Of a DNA stretch of 64,000 nucleotides, positions 19,651-28,253 are shown in pieces. The notes below the pieces were generated by a model, which saw only the letters and a list, made by a program, of their open reading frames with translations, was not told the origin of the DNA and did not search any database. Source of the DNA: Staphylococcus phage vB_SsapH-Golestan-100; the sequence record LC647030.1; one strand, written 5' to 3'. The translations under genes were made by a program, and so were the position numbers. The number at the start of each line of letters is the position of its first letter. The first letter of the stretch is position 1.

Positions 19651-19878
19651 ATGAGTTTAGTAACAGTAATAGTATTAACTGTAGTCATAGCCATGTTGTT
19701 AGGCTTAATAGCAAGTAAACTAATATTGTGGTTTGTAGATGCTTGTCAAAGGGATGAGAACAATATAACAGAGATTAGAGTAGTATTAACCCTATTAATA
19801 GTCAGCTTAGGAGTAGACCTAGCCTTTGCTGTTGATGGAGCAGTAAGAATACAAAATAGAATCCTATACTTTTTGTAG
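19651..19878 (+). CDS. small membrane protein (75 aa, 2 TM)
   Basis: RBS GCGGAGGAG. Confidence 0.5.
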   Translation: MSLVTVIVLTVVIAMLLGLIASKLILWFVDACQRDENNITEIRVVLTLLIVSLGVDLAFAVDGAVRIQNRILYFL

Positions 19879-19887
19879 ATAGAAGCG

Positions 19888-19912
19888 GAGACCTTTACGG
19901 TCTCTTTTTTTT
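19888..19912 (+). terminator. rho-independent terminator ending the plus block
   Basis: GAGACC-TTTAC-GGTCTC followed by T8. Confidence 0.7.
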
Positions 19913-20039
19913 GTCTATAATAGCTTGACAAATAGGGTGAAGTATGCTTTATTGACAAAGGCGTAATAGTGTGGTAGTGGAGGGTAGAGGTTGAATAGTA
20001 GTGACATGGAGGCTGATAGATAGAGTCGAAGTCGGTTAG

Positions 20040-20220
20040 CGTGCTTGGGGCTTCCTCTATTCTTTTACCATTTGTTTATTTCCTTCCTCTACTATTCCTC
20101 CCTTTGATTGGCTGATTAATTGTTTGGTTGTTTCTCTATTACTCTTCCCTTCCTTACTCCCTATGCTATTGTCCCTCTATTGTTTTCCTACTCCTCCATT
20201 ACTCTACTCCTATATAATAA
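20040..20220 (+). other. strand-asymmetric C+T-rich non-coding tract (about 180 nt) at a convergent junction
   Basis: The + strand is almost all pyrimidine (CCTCTATTC…CTTCCTCTACTATTCCTCCC…CCTACTCCTCC). A G-rich stretch sits at 19965-20010. There is no ORF and no RBS. Confidence 0.5.
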
Positions 20221-20283
20221 AAGGCAATAGAGCTATTACCCTACTGCCTTTATACTTACTATTGTTATTACTATTATTATACT

Positions 20284-21286
20284 CTACATGTTAAGTAACT
20301 TACGAGCCCAATCAGGAGAATTATCACAAAACGCTTTAACTTCTTCTATGTTATTTATAACCCCTTTTTGAATCTTGTAGATATACACAAAGTATTTAGT
20401 TATGAAAGCTTGGAAAGGTTCATACCTATTACCCTCTATAAACTCATACTGCATCTCTTCTGATAATAAATTTATCTCTGTAAAGAATGTATTATACATA
20501 GTATCAAATAAGCAAGGTATATCCTTACTATACTCACTTAGTAATAGTATTCTTTCCTCATGACTTAGCGATACATCAAAATCAATAATACTTTTAATAG
20601 TTTTAGGTAATGAGTCGTAGTCTAGTAGTATAGATAATAGTTCTTTCTTATTAAATATAAGGTTGAGTTTCTTGTATGCGACTATAAAGTCTTCTTTGAC
20701 TACCTTTTTATCTACTAAGTCTTGTAATTTACTGTAATAGTTTTTAATTTGTTTATTCATATTAACCTTAGTAAATGCTGTCTCTAGATTATAAAATTCT
20801 TGTATAGAACTACTCTCTATATTAACACCTAACTTATGTTTAAGCCATTTTGATTCTAGCTCAGATAGTCTACGTTCATAGATAGATTCATCTTTTGTTT
20901 CTATATGGTCTCCATGTATAGAGTCATAGTATACAGCATCAATTATATAAGTATCAGCATTATCAAATCCGTATTTATCTAAGGCTTTTTTAAGTAGTTT
21001 ACCACTACCCTTATACTTTGAATCGGGCTTTCCTTTATGTTTCCCTATATATGCTCTACCTGATTGTTTAAACACTGTTATATAGACATAACCATACATA
21101 TGTTCTGAAAGTTTTTCAGACTGACCTCTTACGCTATGACCAAAAGTAAAAACATAGCTATAATGTTTTAATCTTCCTTTTCTACATTCTGATTGTACAA
21201 TGTTATTTCTAACGTCTCTTACTTGAATTTCACCTAAACCTTCTTGGTATACAAAATTATTTATTTTTTCTGTCATATCTTTCATC
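20284..21286 (-). CDS. GIY-YIG family homing-endonuclease-like protein
   Basis: N-terminal GIY-YIG module YGYVYITVFKQSGRAYIGKHKG…YKGSGKLL. The start was set to the ATG that lies 9 nt after AAGGAG (MTEKINNF…). The ORF track extends further upstream. Confidence 0.5.
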
Positions 21287-21320
21287 TCCTTATTTGATAT
21301 ACTACTAGTATATAATAAAA

Positions 21321-21345
21321 CTCTATCCAAGTCAATAGATAGAGT
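21321..21345 (-). terminator. bifunctional hairpin: terminator of 21367..21732 and -35 region of the promoter for 20284..21286
   Basis: Stem CTCTATC/GATAGAG with the minus-strand TTGACT in the loop. A T-run follows, then 17 nt, then TATACT on the minus strand. Confidence 0.5.
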
Positions 21346-21366
21346 TAAAATAGTTATTTTGTTTTC

Positions 21367-21732
21367 TTACTTGTTATCCCACTCAAAGTCTAGTTCTAAG
21401 TCATTTATCTCTCCTGAGTTAACTTTCTCTATAAACCCTTCTAACTGGTGTTTAATAGCTGTACTGAAAGTAGATATAGGTACTACAATAACCATAGAGG
21501 CCTGAACTTTTTTATCTATTAAGAATTTTAAACAATTATCATCTTCAGTACCTTTTATAGTTATTCTTAAATCCATGCCTTTATAGCTGAACACTAAGTA
21601 TAAGCTCTCATCACTACTTAAATTTCTATGGCTTACATAGGATAGATATACCTCATAACTACCTACTTTTAATCTCATGTTTTCTCTTTCTTGAAAATAG
21701 TCACTGAGCTTACTTATGTTATAATTATCCAT
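21367..21732 (-). CDS. hypothetical protein
   Basis: The start was moved to the ATG (MDNYNISK…) 5 nt after AAGGAGG. Confidence 0.45.
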   Translation of the reverse strand: MDNYNISKLSDYFQERENMRLKVGSYEVYLSYVSHRNLSSDESLYLVFSYKGMDLRITIKGTEDDNCLKFLIDKKVQASMVIVVPISTFSTAIKHQLEGFIEKVNSGEINDLELDFEWDNK

Positions 21733-21749
21733 ATTCTCCTCCTTATTAT

Positions 21750-21944
21750 TTACCATCGTTCAATAGATACAATATGTTTGGTGTCAATAATAACCTTTTT
21801 ATCTTTACCCCATTTAGTTACTTCTATATAATCATTACCCATAACATCTCTGTATACAGAACCTAACGCTTTGTAACTATTATAATAGGTGTATTTTCTA
21901 TCATCAACAGTTCTTACTGTGTAGTTATATTTTCTACTTATCAT
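21750..21944 (-). CDS. hypothetical protein (64 aa)
   Basis: RBS GAGGAGG on the minus strand. Confidence 0.5.
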   Translation of the reverse strand: MISRKYNYTVRTVDDRKYTYYNSYKALGSVYRDVMGNDYIEVTKWGKDKKVIIDTKHIVSIERW

Positions 21945-22144
21945 TATAGTTCCTCCTCATCAAACCACATTTCTAATACAGTGTCTGTTTCTGTATCTAT
22001 ATATAAATTTAACTCCCCGTGCATATAATGACTAATTACATCAGAGTCTGAGAACCCTACTTCATGACCGTCCCAATCTGACAACCAATGTAATCTATGA
22101 TAATCTAAATTTTCTAGTGTTATTCCTTGTTCAGTATTTAACAT
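21944..22144 (-). CDS. hypothetical acidic protein (66 aa)
   Basis: RBS GGAAGGAGAG. Confidence 0.5.
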   Translation of the reverse strand: MLNTEQGITLENLDYHRLHWLSDWDGHEVGFSDSDVISHYMHGELNLYIDTETDTVLEMWFDEEEL

Positions 22145-22190
22145 TCTTTGACTCTCCTTCCAAGTTAAAAGTTAGTTTCAATTTCTACTA

Positions 22191-22544
22191 TTACCAACTA
22201 ATATGAATAATAGGAACTAAAGTACTATCTGTATAGCCACAGTTAAAGTAATCCTTAGCTATACCCTTCTCTGACCATCTAGGTTTCCTAACTTGTGTCT
22301 GTACTTTAAATCCTAACCTCTTATAGTGAAGCCCAATCTCTTTTAAGTACTCTAGCTTAGATAAAGAAAACTCCGTAGGATAATCTGTTCTTAGGTTCAC
22401 AACAATATAGTCCTTACCTAAGCTACTACTGTTATTAATTAAGTAGTCTATCTTGTTATAGATATATGTTAAATGTTGTTCCTTAGTTATTACTTTAGAA
22501 TCCTTATGCTGTTTTACTTGTTTACGTGCTTTCTTAGCGTTCAT
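22191..22544 (-). CDS. hypothetical basic protein (117 aa)
   Basis: RBS TAAGGAGGAAT. Confidence 0.5.
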   Translation of the reverse strand: MNAKKARKQVKQHKDSKVITKEQHLTYIYNKIDYLINNSSSLGKDYIVVNLRTDYPTEFSLSKLEYLKEIGLHYKRLGFKVQTQVRKPRWSEKGIAKDYFNCGYTDSTLVPIIHISW

Positions 22545-22546
22545 CC

Positions 22547-22774
22547 TTATTCCTCCTTATAAATTTTATTTTTAAAAAAGCCTACTACATCCTCAACATC
22601 GAGTACAGATAGAAATGATTTATTTCCTGTAATTCTAAAGCCACTGTCTACGATTCTATTTGCAATGTAATAACCCTCAACCTTTAGTGATGCATATTTA
22701 TTATCTATGTCTCCTAAAAATTCTACTTGAAATCCTAACTGATTTAATTGAACATAAATGTCTGACAAGCTCAT
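22547..22774 (-). CDS. hypothetical protein
   Basis: The start was moved to the ATG (MSLSDIY…) after GAAGGAGGAAT. Confidence 0.45.
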   Translation of the reverse strand: MSLSDIYVQLNQLGFQVEFLGDIDNKYASLKVEGYYIANRIVDSGFRITGNKSFLSVLDVEDVVGFFKNKIYKEE

Positions 22775-22980
22775 TATAATTCCTCCTTCTCTTTCCTGAT
22801 TGCACTTAGTAGCCAATCAAGATACTTCTCACGTTGAATCTCTTCTATCTTGCTTTCAAACTTATCACGTTCTAGTCCTTGGTTTATTATTCTAGAAGCT
22901 ACTGCTAATCTCTTTGACTCTTCACTTAGATTATCCTTGTAACTGTAAGTAACTAGTGCTTTATCTAAATCTAGTTCCAT
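22774..22980 (-). CDS. hypothetical protein (68 aa, coiled-coil-like)
   Basis: ORF abutting the downstream start. Confidence 0.45.
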   Translation of the reverse strand: MELDLDKALVTYSYKDNLSEESKRLAVASRIINQGLERDKFESKIEEIQREKYLDWLLSAIRKEKEEL

Positions 22981-22998
22981 ACTATCTCCTCCTTAGTC

Positions 22999-23436
22999 CT
23001 ATTTTAATCTACCTTGCTCTAAACTTACATTAGTATAGTTATTTTTTAAATCTTCGAGAGTCATTCTTTTAGATAAACTATAATTCTCATCTAGTAGTCT
23101 ATAAACTTGATATTCATTTCTTTCTGCATAGTAACTACTCTCTTCTACTACTAAAGTAAACCATTCTCCATATGCTTCGATGTCATCTCCAGGTAGCCAA
23201 TCATTTTCTGTGAGTAGTTCTAAAACTTTAATTAGCATGTCATTATCCGACCAATGCCTTCTACCACCTGTTTCATTTTCTTGACGAGTGATATAACTAT
23301 CATAACCTATGCAAACCTTAACCTTATTGTTAATACCTACTGCTTCTTCATATAAATCTACGTGATTTAGTTCGATACCTTTTTCACTCATAGCTTTTAC
23401 AATTAAACTTAATAATTCTGTTGTGTTATCTACCAT
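22999..23436 (-). CDS. hypothetical protein (145 aa)
   Basis: RBS AAGGAGGAAC. Confidence 0.5.
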   Translation of the reverse strand: MVDNTTELLSLIVKAMSEKGIELNHVDLYEEAVGINNKVKVCIGYDSYITRQENETGGRRHWSDNDMLIKVLELLTENDWLPGDDIEAYGEWFTLVVEESSYYAERNEYQVYRLLDENYSLSKRMTLEDLKNNYTNVSLEQGRLK

Positions 23437-23448
23437 TATAGTTCCTCC

Positions 23449-23646
23449 TTATTTATCTGCTACATATTCATAGAACCCGACTTCTTCTCTGAGCTTAGCT
23501 TCTGATAGTGATTTAGTATGCTCTCTAGAAACATCTTCTCCTTCTACCCATTTTACAAGCTCAATAAGTGCTTCTTCTAAATACGCTCTAGGACAATCTT
23601 CATTCTCCCAGTAGTTAACTCCTTCTTTTTCCCAACTATTACTCAT
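23449..23646 (-). CDS. hypothetical protein (65 aa)
   Basis: RBS AGAGGAGGAG. Confidence 0.5.
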   Translation of the reverse strand: MSNSWEKEGVNYWENEDCPRAYLEEALIELVKWVEGEDVSREHTKSLSEAKLREEVGFYEYVADK

Positions 23647-23909
23647 TATAGCTCCTCCTCTATTAGTTCGTAAGTTTTATGAAAAATGTCATAATCACAA
23701 GCATAAAATTCTCCTTCAACACCCTTTATGACATAGCTGTCTTTAGGTACTACCATAGTACCTTCTAGTGTATTTACAACAAGTATATAAGTATCACTTG
23801 ATTCATAAGCTAAGTGTACTGTACCACCACTCCAATCATATAACTCTTGTTTATTATCTCCTTTATATTGCATAACCTCTACTTCTACTGGTTTCTTTCT
23901 AGCTAACAT
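23646..23909 (-). CDS. hypothetical protein (87 aa)
   Basis: RBS AGAGGAGG. Confidence 0.5.
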   Translation of the reverse strand: MLARKKPVEVEVMQYKGDNKQELYDWSGGTVHLAYESSDTYILVVNTLEGTMVVPKDSYVIKGVEGEFYACDYDIFHKTYELIEEEL

Positions 23910-23954
23910 TATAAACCTCCTCTATTAGTTGTTAATATGATTATATAATAAAAA

Positions 23955-23980
23955 ACTACCTATGTCAATAGGTAGTTTTA
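23955..23980 (-). terminator. bifunctional hairpin: terminator of 23986..25671 and -35 region (TTGACA) of the downstream promoter
   Basis: Perfect 10-bp stem AACTACCTAT/ATAGGTAGTT with a 4-nt loop. On the minus strand the reading is TTGACA, a 17-nt spacer of TAGGTAGTTTTTTATTA, then TATAAT. Confidence 0.6.
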
Positions 23981-23985
23981 GCTTA

Positions 23986-25671
23986 CTAATACTGTATTTC
24001 TTTCCCAGCAATAAGTTTATTTTGATATTGTCCTTGACGGATGTAGATAGTGCTTTCAGGTGCTCCTGAACTTATACTGAATTCACTACCAAACCCTGCG
24101 CAATTGTCTAACCACATATTACTTCCTGAAGATGTTTGGAAATCTTTTCCTTGGTAGCTCTCAAAGCCTATACATCCTAGATTCCAAGAGTTAGTACCCT
24201 GATTAACATCAGCTATATTTCCTCCATCATTTCTACCGTAAGTACCGTTAACCCGTATGACAGTTAATCCATCATGAACAGTAGAGCCATTATTAGATTT
24301 AGCACCTGCTGTACCTTTTTCAAATCCATTATCTAAACCTATACAATCTATCTCAGTTATAATAGGTTTAGAAGAATCCGCACCTATATGATAGTTAAAC
24401 CCGTCCATATAGTTATTAGATGCTGTTGATTTACTTACTACTACTTCTTTACCTCCAATAACCTCAAGACCATTACCATTAGTTTGAGAAGAGAAGTTTA
24501 AAATACAATTATTAACATATAGATTATTGTTTTTGTTTAGCTCAAATCTAGCTGGTCTAGCTCCCCCATATATGTTTAGTTTTTCTATATAGAAATTATT
24601 TGGTACATTAGTAGCTAACAAGTTCTGAGAAGCTAACAATGGTATAACCATATTATTAGGAGTTTTAGAATTAAAGTTAACAAAAACTTTTGTTCCGTCA
24701 GAAAACCAAGAAAAAGGAGTCTCCTCTACCATAGCTAAGGAGCTAACATTTACAAATTCATTATAGATGTTGTTACTTGCCTCACTAAAGTCTACGACTC
24801 TCTTAACTGCTGACCTTGTAAACTCATAAGTGTTATTCTTACCATAGGACTTAACCCATGTCGGCTCATCTGCCATGAATAGATTAACATTAGAGCCTAG
24901 GCCTATTATGTTTATACTCATATTGTTTATTGGTAATAAAAGAACACCGTTAGTTCTAAAGTAGTTACCCTCGTTAATATAAAGAGTATCACCAGTACTT
25001 AATACTGATTGAGCTTTTTTTAATGTTTTAAAAGAGCTATTTTGAGTTGAGCCATCGTTACTATCATTACCATTAGTACCATCTACATAAACCTCTTTAC
25101 CGCCTGTAACTTTATTATCTTCTATGTTGTATTTCACACCAAAGGTACCTCTAGCATCAGTCATTATTCTACCTTTTAAAGGGTATTCTTTTACAGGAAA
25201 ATCTAAAGGAGTGTTTACAGTAATAGGTAACTTAGGAGCAAAGTTACCATCAAGCCCTGGTATACCTTGAGCACCTTGTTCCCCTTTTAACTCTTGTTTG
25301 TCAGCCTCTGTTAAATCATTAAAAGTTAACTTATCACCTTTAGCACCTCCTATAGACTCTAACCACTCTTCAGGTGTACCAGTAAACCCATTATCTACTG
25401 CTATATCATAAGCAGATTTAGGCTTAACTAGTAAGTGGTCTTTGAAGTAGAAAGAAATCTCTTTATAAGAAGATTCTAGTGTTGTAAACTCAGGTACTAC
25501 GACCTTCTCTGATTCATAGTTGTCTCCCATCCAAGCTATATAAAACTCCCCTTGAGGGTATGTAGTATTTGGAGCCAGGTTAGCTATAATAACGGAGCCT
25601 TGGTCACCTTCTATATTATAGCCTTTTGCTAATAAATTACCTTCCTTATCATAAGCTTCTAAATGTGGCAT
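23986..25671 (-). CDS. right-handed beta-helix (pectin-lyase-fold-like) protein with an N-terminal Ig/FN3-like domain and a short collagen-like G-X-Y stretch
   Basis: 561 aa. The N-terminus …GEFYIAWMGDNYESEKVVVPEFTT is paralogous to 15400 and 15941. GEQGAQGIPGLDG is collagen-like. The C-terminal two thirds are rich in N/G/S/T beta-helix-like repeats. Confidence 0.55.
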   Translation of the reverse strand: MPHLEAYDKEGNLLAKGYNIEGDQGSVIIANLAPNTTYPQGEFYIAWMGDNYESEKVVVPEFTTLESSYKEISFYFKDHLLVKPKSAYDIAVDNGFTGTPEEWLESIGGAKGDKLTFNDLTEADKQELKGEQGAQGIPGLDGNFAPKLPITVNTPLDFPVKEYPLKGRIMTDARGTFGVKYNIEDNKVTGGKEVYVDGTNGNDSNDGSTQNSSFKTLKKAQSVLSTGDTLYINEGNYFRTNGVLLLPINNMSINIIGLGSNVNLFMADEPTWVKSYGKNNTYEFTRSAVKRVVDFSEASNNIYNEFVNVSSLAMVEETPFSWFSDGTKVFVNFNSKTPNNMVIPLLASQNLLATNVPNNFYIEKLNIYGGARPARFELNKNNNLYVNNCILNFSSQTNGNGLEVIGGKEVVVSKSTASNNYMDGFNYHIGADSSKPIITEIDCIGLDNGFEKGTAGAKSNNGSTVHDGLTVIRVNGTYGRNDGGNIADVNQGTNSWNLGCIGFESYQGKDFQTSSGSNMWLDNCAGFGSEFSISSGAPESTIYIRQGQYQNKLIAGKEIQY

Positions 25672-25732
25672 ATTATAGTCTCCTATCTATTTGTGTATTA
25701 TATGAGTAATATAACATCTTATTCACATTAGG

Positions 25733-25963
25733 TTAGACACAATCTACCATCCACTCCCAATCCCAAAAGTCTCTTATCTTATAACCATCTAACTCATGTT
25801 TATTGCCTTTTAGTATACCTGTAATAATATACCTATCATGGCCTTCTCTTACGTATTCTTCACCCAGCTCTTCTAAGAGGTCTTTTGTATGATTTTGAGT
25901 ACCTGCATATATTGCTGTTTTACTATCCTCCTCAATTACATATAGAGAATAAATCTCATACAT
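25733..25963 (-). CDS. hypothetical protein (76 aa)
   Basis: RBS GGAGGGG. Overlaps the upstream stop. Confidence 0.5.
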   Translation of the reverse strand: MYEIYSLYVIEEDSKTAIYAGTQNHTKDLLEELGEEYVREGHDRYIITGILKGNKHELDGYKIRDFWDWEWMVDCV

Positions 25964-26742
25964 TATACATCCCCTCCGATAGTTAAAGGGTAGCCATCTT
26001 GTCTAGTCAATTGCTTTTTATAGTTCTCTACTGTGTCATCTAAGTGCATAATAACTACTTCTGTATTGAATCTTTTTAAATCTTCATCTAACATGTCACA
26101 TGTCCCCATAATGTTTTTATAATAGTTAGCATGTACTGGGCTTTTATTTAAAGAAACATCTAAATATAGTCCTGTTAGTCTCAACTCAGGGAATCTATCC
26201 ATAAACCAAGTATAGTGACGGAACAAACTGTCATTACCGCTTTGAAATTTTTCTGTAGTATCTCCTGAGTAAATAATCATGTCGGTATTATCTTTTATTA
26301 GAGTAATACTATACGTTTTAACTTGAGGAACATGCTTTACTTCTTCAAAGATGACTTCTACATTACCTTTATAAATATATTGTTTACCATAAGGGACTAC
26401 TTCTAAATTGAACATAGATTCTTCAATACCTGAGATTAGTAGATAGTCCAATAAATCTCTTCTCAAGGTATTATAAATCAGTATATTAACCTTAACATCT
26501 TTTGCATAATACATCCACTCAATTAACGTTCCTAAACTTCCTACATGGTCTGTATGCATGTGTGTAAGGATGATATTAACTTCTTTATACTTATCTAACC
26601 CTTTTTCTCTAAACGTGTTGAAGACTGTTGAACCACAATCAATCATAAACACTTTATCATCCTCTATAAAATACCAACTATTATTTCCATACTCCTGTGA
26701 ATTAAATGCTGACCCAAAACCTAATGATTTTAATTTAAACAT
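25963..26742 (-). CDS. metallo-beta-lactamase-fold hydrolase
   Basis: ILTHMHTDHVGSLG gives the HxHxDH motif. The downstream His/Asp ligands (SGD, HANY, IMHLDD) are consistent with an MBL fold. Confidence 0.65.
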   Translation of the reverse strand: MFKLKSLGFGSAFNSQEYGNNSWYFIEDDKVFMIDCGSTVFNTFREKGLDKYKEVNIILTHMHTDHVGSLGTLIEWMYYAKDVKVNILIYNTLRRDLLDYLLISGIEESMFNLEVVPYGKQYIYKGNVEVIFEEVKHVPQVKTYSITLIKDNTDMIIYSGDTTEKFQSGNDSLFRHYTWFMDRFPELRLTGLYLDVSLNKSPVHANYYKNIMGTCDMLDEDLKRFNTEVVIMHLDDTVENYKKQLTRQDGYPLTIGGDV

Positions 26743-26747
26743 ATTTC

Positions 26748-27305
26748 CTACACCCTTTCCATTCTCTTATTCATATATTTTAAGCTATTATAAAACTCTC
26801 TAGCGTGGTGCTTGTAATAGAAATTCTTTTTGTGAGACTTACCATTGTCATCAATCCATAAAACGTTCCATGTATTTGTATCTAGTGTGTCTGTTATGTC
26901 TTGAATAATACTTCTTATCATAATTAAGCACTCTCCACTTAGTCCTTCATTTAATGCTTCTTCTAATGCATCCATCTCTATGTCCTCATTAGCATAGCCT
27001 CTACCACCATAAAACAAGTAGTTTTCATAAGCATCTCTAAAATCATAGAATCTAGTTTTAGAGCTTATATTAGGGTTAGCTAAAATGTCTTCACTCTTCT
27101 CCAACCAGTATTCCCTCAATTCATATATAGAAGGTTGTTCTACTTTGTCACTTCTTTTTACTACGTCTTTCTCTACCTTTAAGTCCTCTTTACTATAGTT
27201 ACGTTCTTGTATCATAAACTCAACCCACTTTTTAACATCTTCTATATCTTCATAGATTTTGTCAACGTGGGATTTAACTGAACATAGGTATACTGCATAA
27301 TGCAT
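26748..27305 (-). CDS. hypothetical protein (185 aa)
   Basis: RBS GAGGAGGAG. Confidence 0.5.
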   Translation of the reverse strand: MHYAVYLCSVKSHVDKIYEDIEDVKKWVEFMIQERNYSKEDLKVEKDVVKRSDKVEQPSIYELREYWLEKSEDILANPNISSKTRFYDFRDAYENYLFYGGRGYANEDIEMDALEEALNEGLSGECLIMIRSIIQDITDTLDTNTWNVLWIDDNGKSHKKNFYYKHHAREFYNSLKYMNKRMERV

Positions 27306-27627
27306 CTTGATTCTCCTCCTCTTCTTCTTCTTTCCATCCTATAGTAATGTAACCTATATAAGTTTCTTGGTCATTACTATAACTACTTACAGTATAACCT
27401 TTATCTAACAATTTGTCAATTATCCATTCTTTTGTAGCTTCATTTATGCTGTAATTAAAGAAGTCTGCTTTAGTACTAAAAAGCCCTTTATGTGTTGCTA
27501 CGTGAATTTTATAGTTAACTTCACACCACATTACGTAGTATCCTCCTAGTTTGCTTACCTTCTCTCTATCCTTTTTAAACCGTTTCTTTTGTTTTTCTGA
27601 TTTTCTTCTAGCTTTGTTGCTATTCAT
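27274..27627 (-). CDS. hypothetical protein with a very basic N-terminus
   Basis: RBS AAGGAGGGG. The N-terminus is MNSNKARRKSEKQKKRFKKDREK. Confidence 0.5.
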   Translation of the reverse strand: MNSNKARRKSEKQKKRFKKDREKVSKLGGYYVMWCEVNYKIHVATHKGLFSTKADFFNYSINEATKEWIIDKLLDKGYTVSSYSNDQETYIGYITIGWKEEEEEENQDALCSIPMFS

Positions 27628-27685
27628 TACTACCCCTCCTTAATTAACCCTTCCTATTTAATGTACCTTTATTGTATAATAAAAA

Positions 27686-27707
27686 AGAACCTAAGTCAAT
27701 AGGTTCT
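27686..27707 (-). terminator. bifunctional hairpin: terminator of 27721..28233 and -35 region (TTGACT) of the downstream promoter
   Basis: Stem AGAACCT/AGGTTCT with TTGACT in the loop on the minus strand. T6 follows, then TACAAT 17 nt downstream. Confidence 0.5.
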
Positions 27708-27720
27708 TTAATAATAAATG

Positions 27721-28233
27721 TTAACTTTTATAGAATACTTCGATAGAAACAATTTGATTACCATTTACCACTATTTGATGATTGTTTCTTTCTACTACTA
27801 GACACTTATGCTCCCCACTTATACACTTCATAGCATTCTGTGCTAACTCTCCTAAGCTAACGTGTGGAGCAAGGTCTTCCTTATCAAAGTGCTCTCTAAA
27901 CCCTTCAGTCTTGAAAATTACAATACCACTAATTTCTTTTTCAGGTTCCTCTTTACCCTCTGCAATCCTTCCCGCTAAGTCAATTTGATTGTTAAAGAAC
28001 TCTAGGTCATCAACATCTGTACCTTTTAGTTTGACTCCATTAGTTCCTGGTAGTTCTTTACCAACAATAAACCGATTAAGAAAAGAAGTATAGTGTAATA
28101 ACTTAAGAATTTTATCATCCTTTAGGTTTTCAACCTTACTCAATCTAGCTCTAAGTTCTTTTTGTATTTTAGCATCCACTATAACTATTACAGTTAAACC
28201 AATAACTAAAAGACATAATACTGCGTATACCAT
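27721..28233 (-). CDS. membrane-anchored protein (N-terminal TM)
   Basis: RBS AAGGAGGAAT. N-terminal TM helix MVYAVLCLLVIGLTVIVIV. Confidence 0.5.
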   Translation of the reverse strand: MVYAVLCLLVIGLTVIVIVDAKIQKELRARLSKVENLKDDKILKLLHYTSFLNRFIVGKELPGTNGVKLKGTDVDDLEFFNNQIDLAGRIAEGKEEPEKEISGIVIFKTEGFREHFDKEDLAPHVSLGELAQNAMKCISGEHKCLVVERNNHQIVVNGNQIVSIEVFYKS

Positions 28234-28253
28234 CTCTAATTCCTCCTTTTAAT

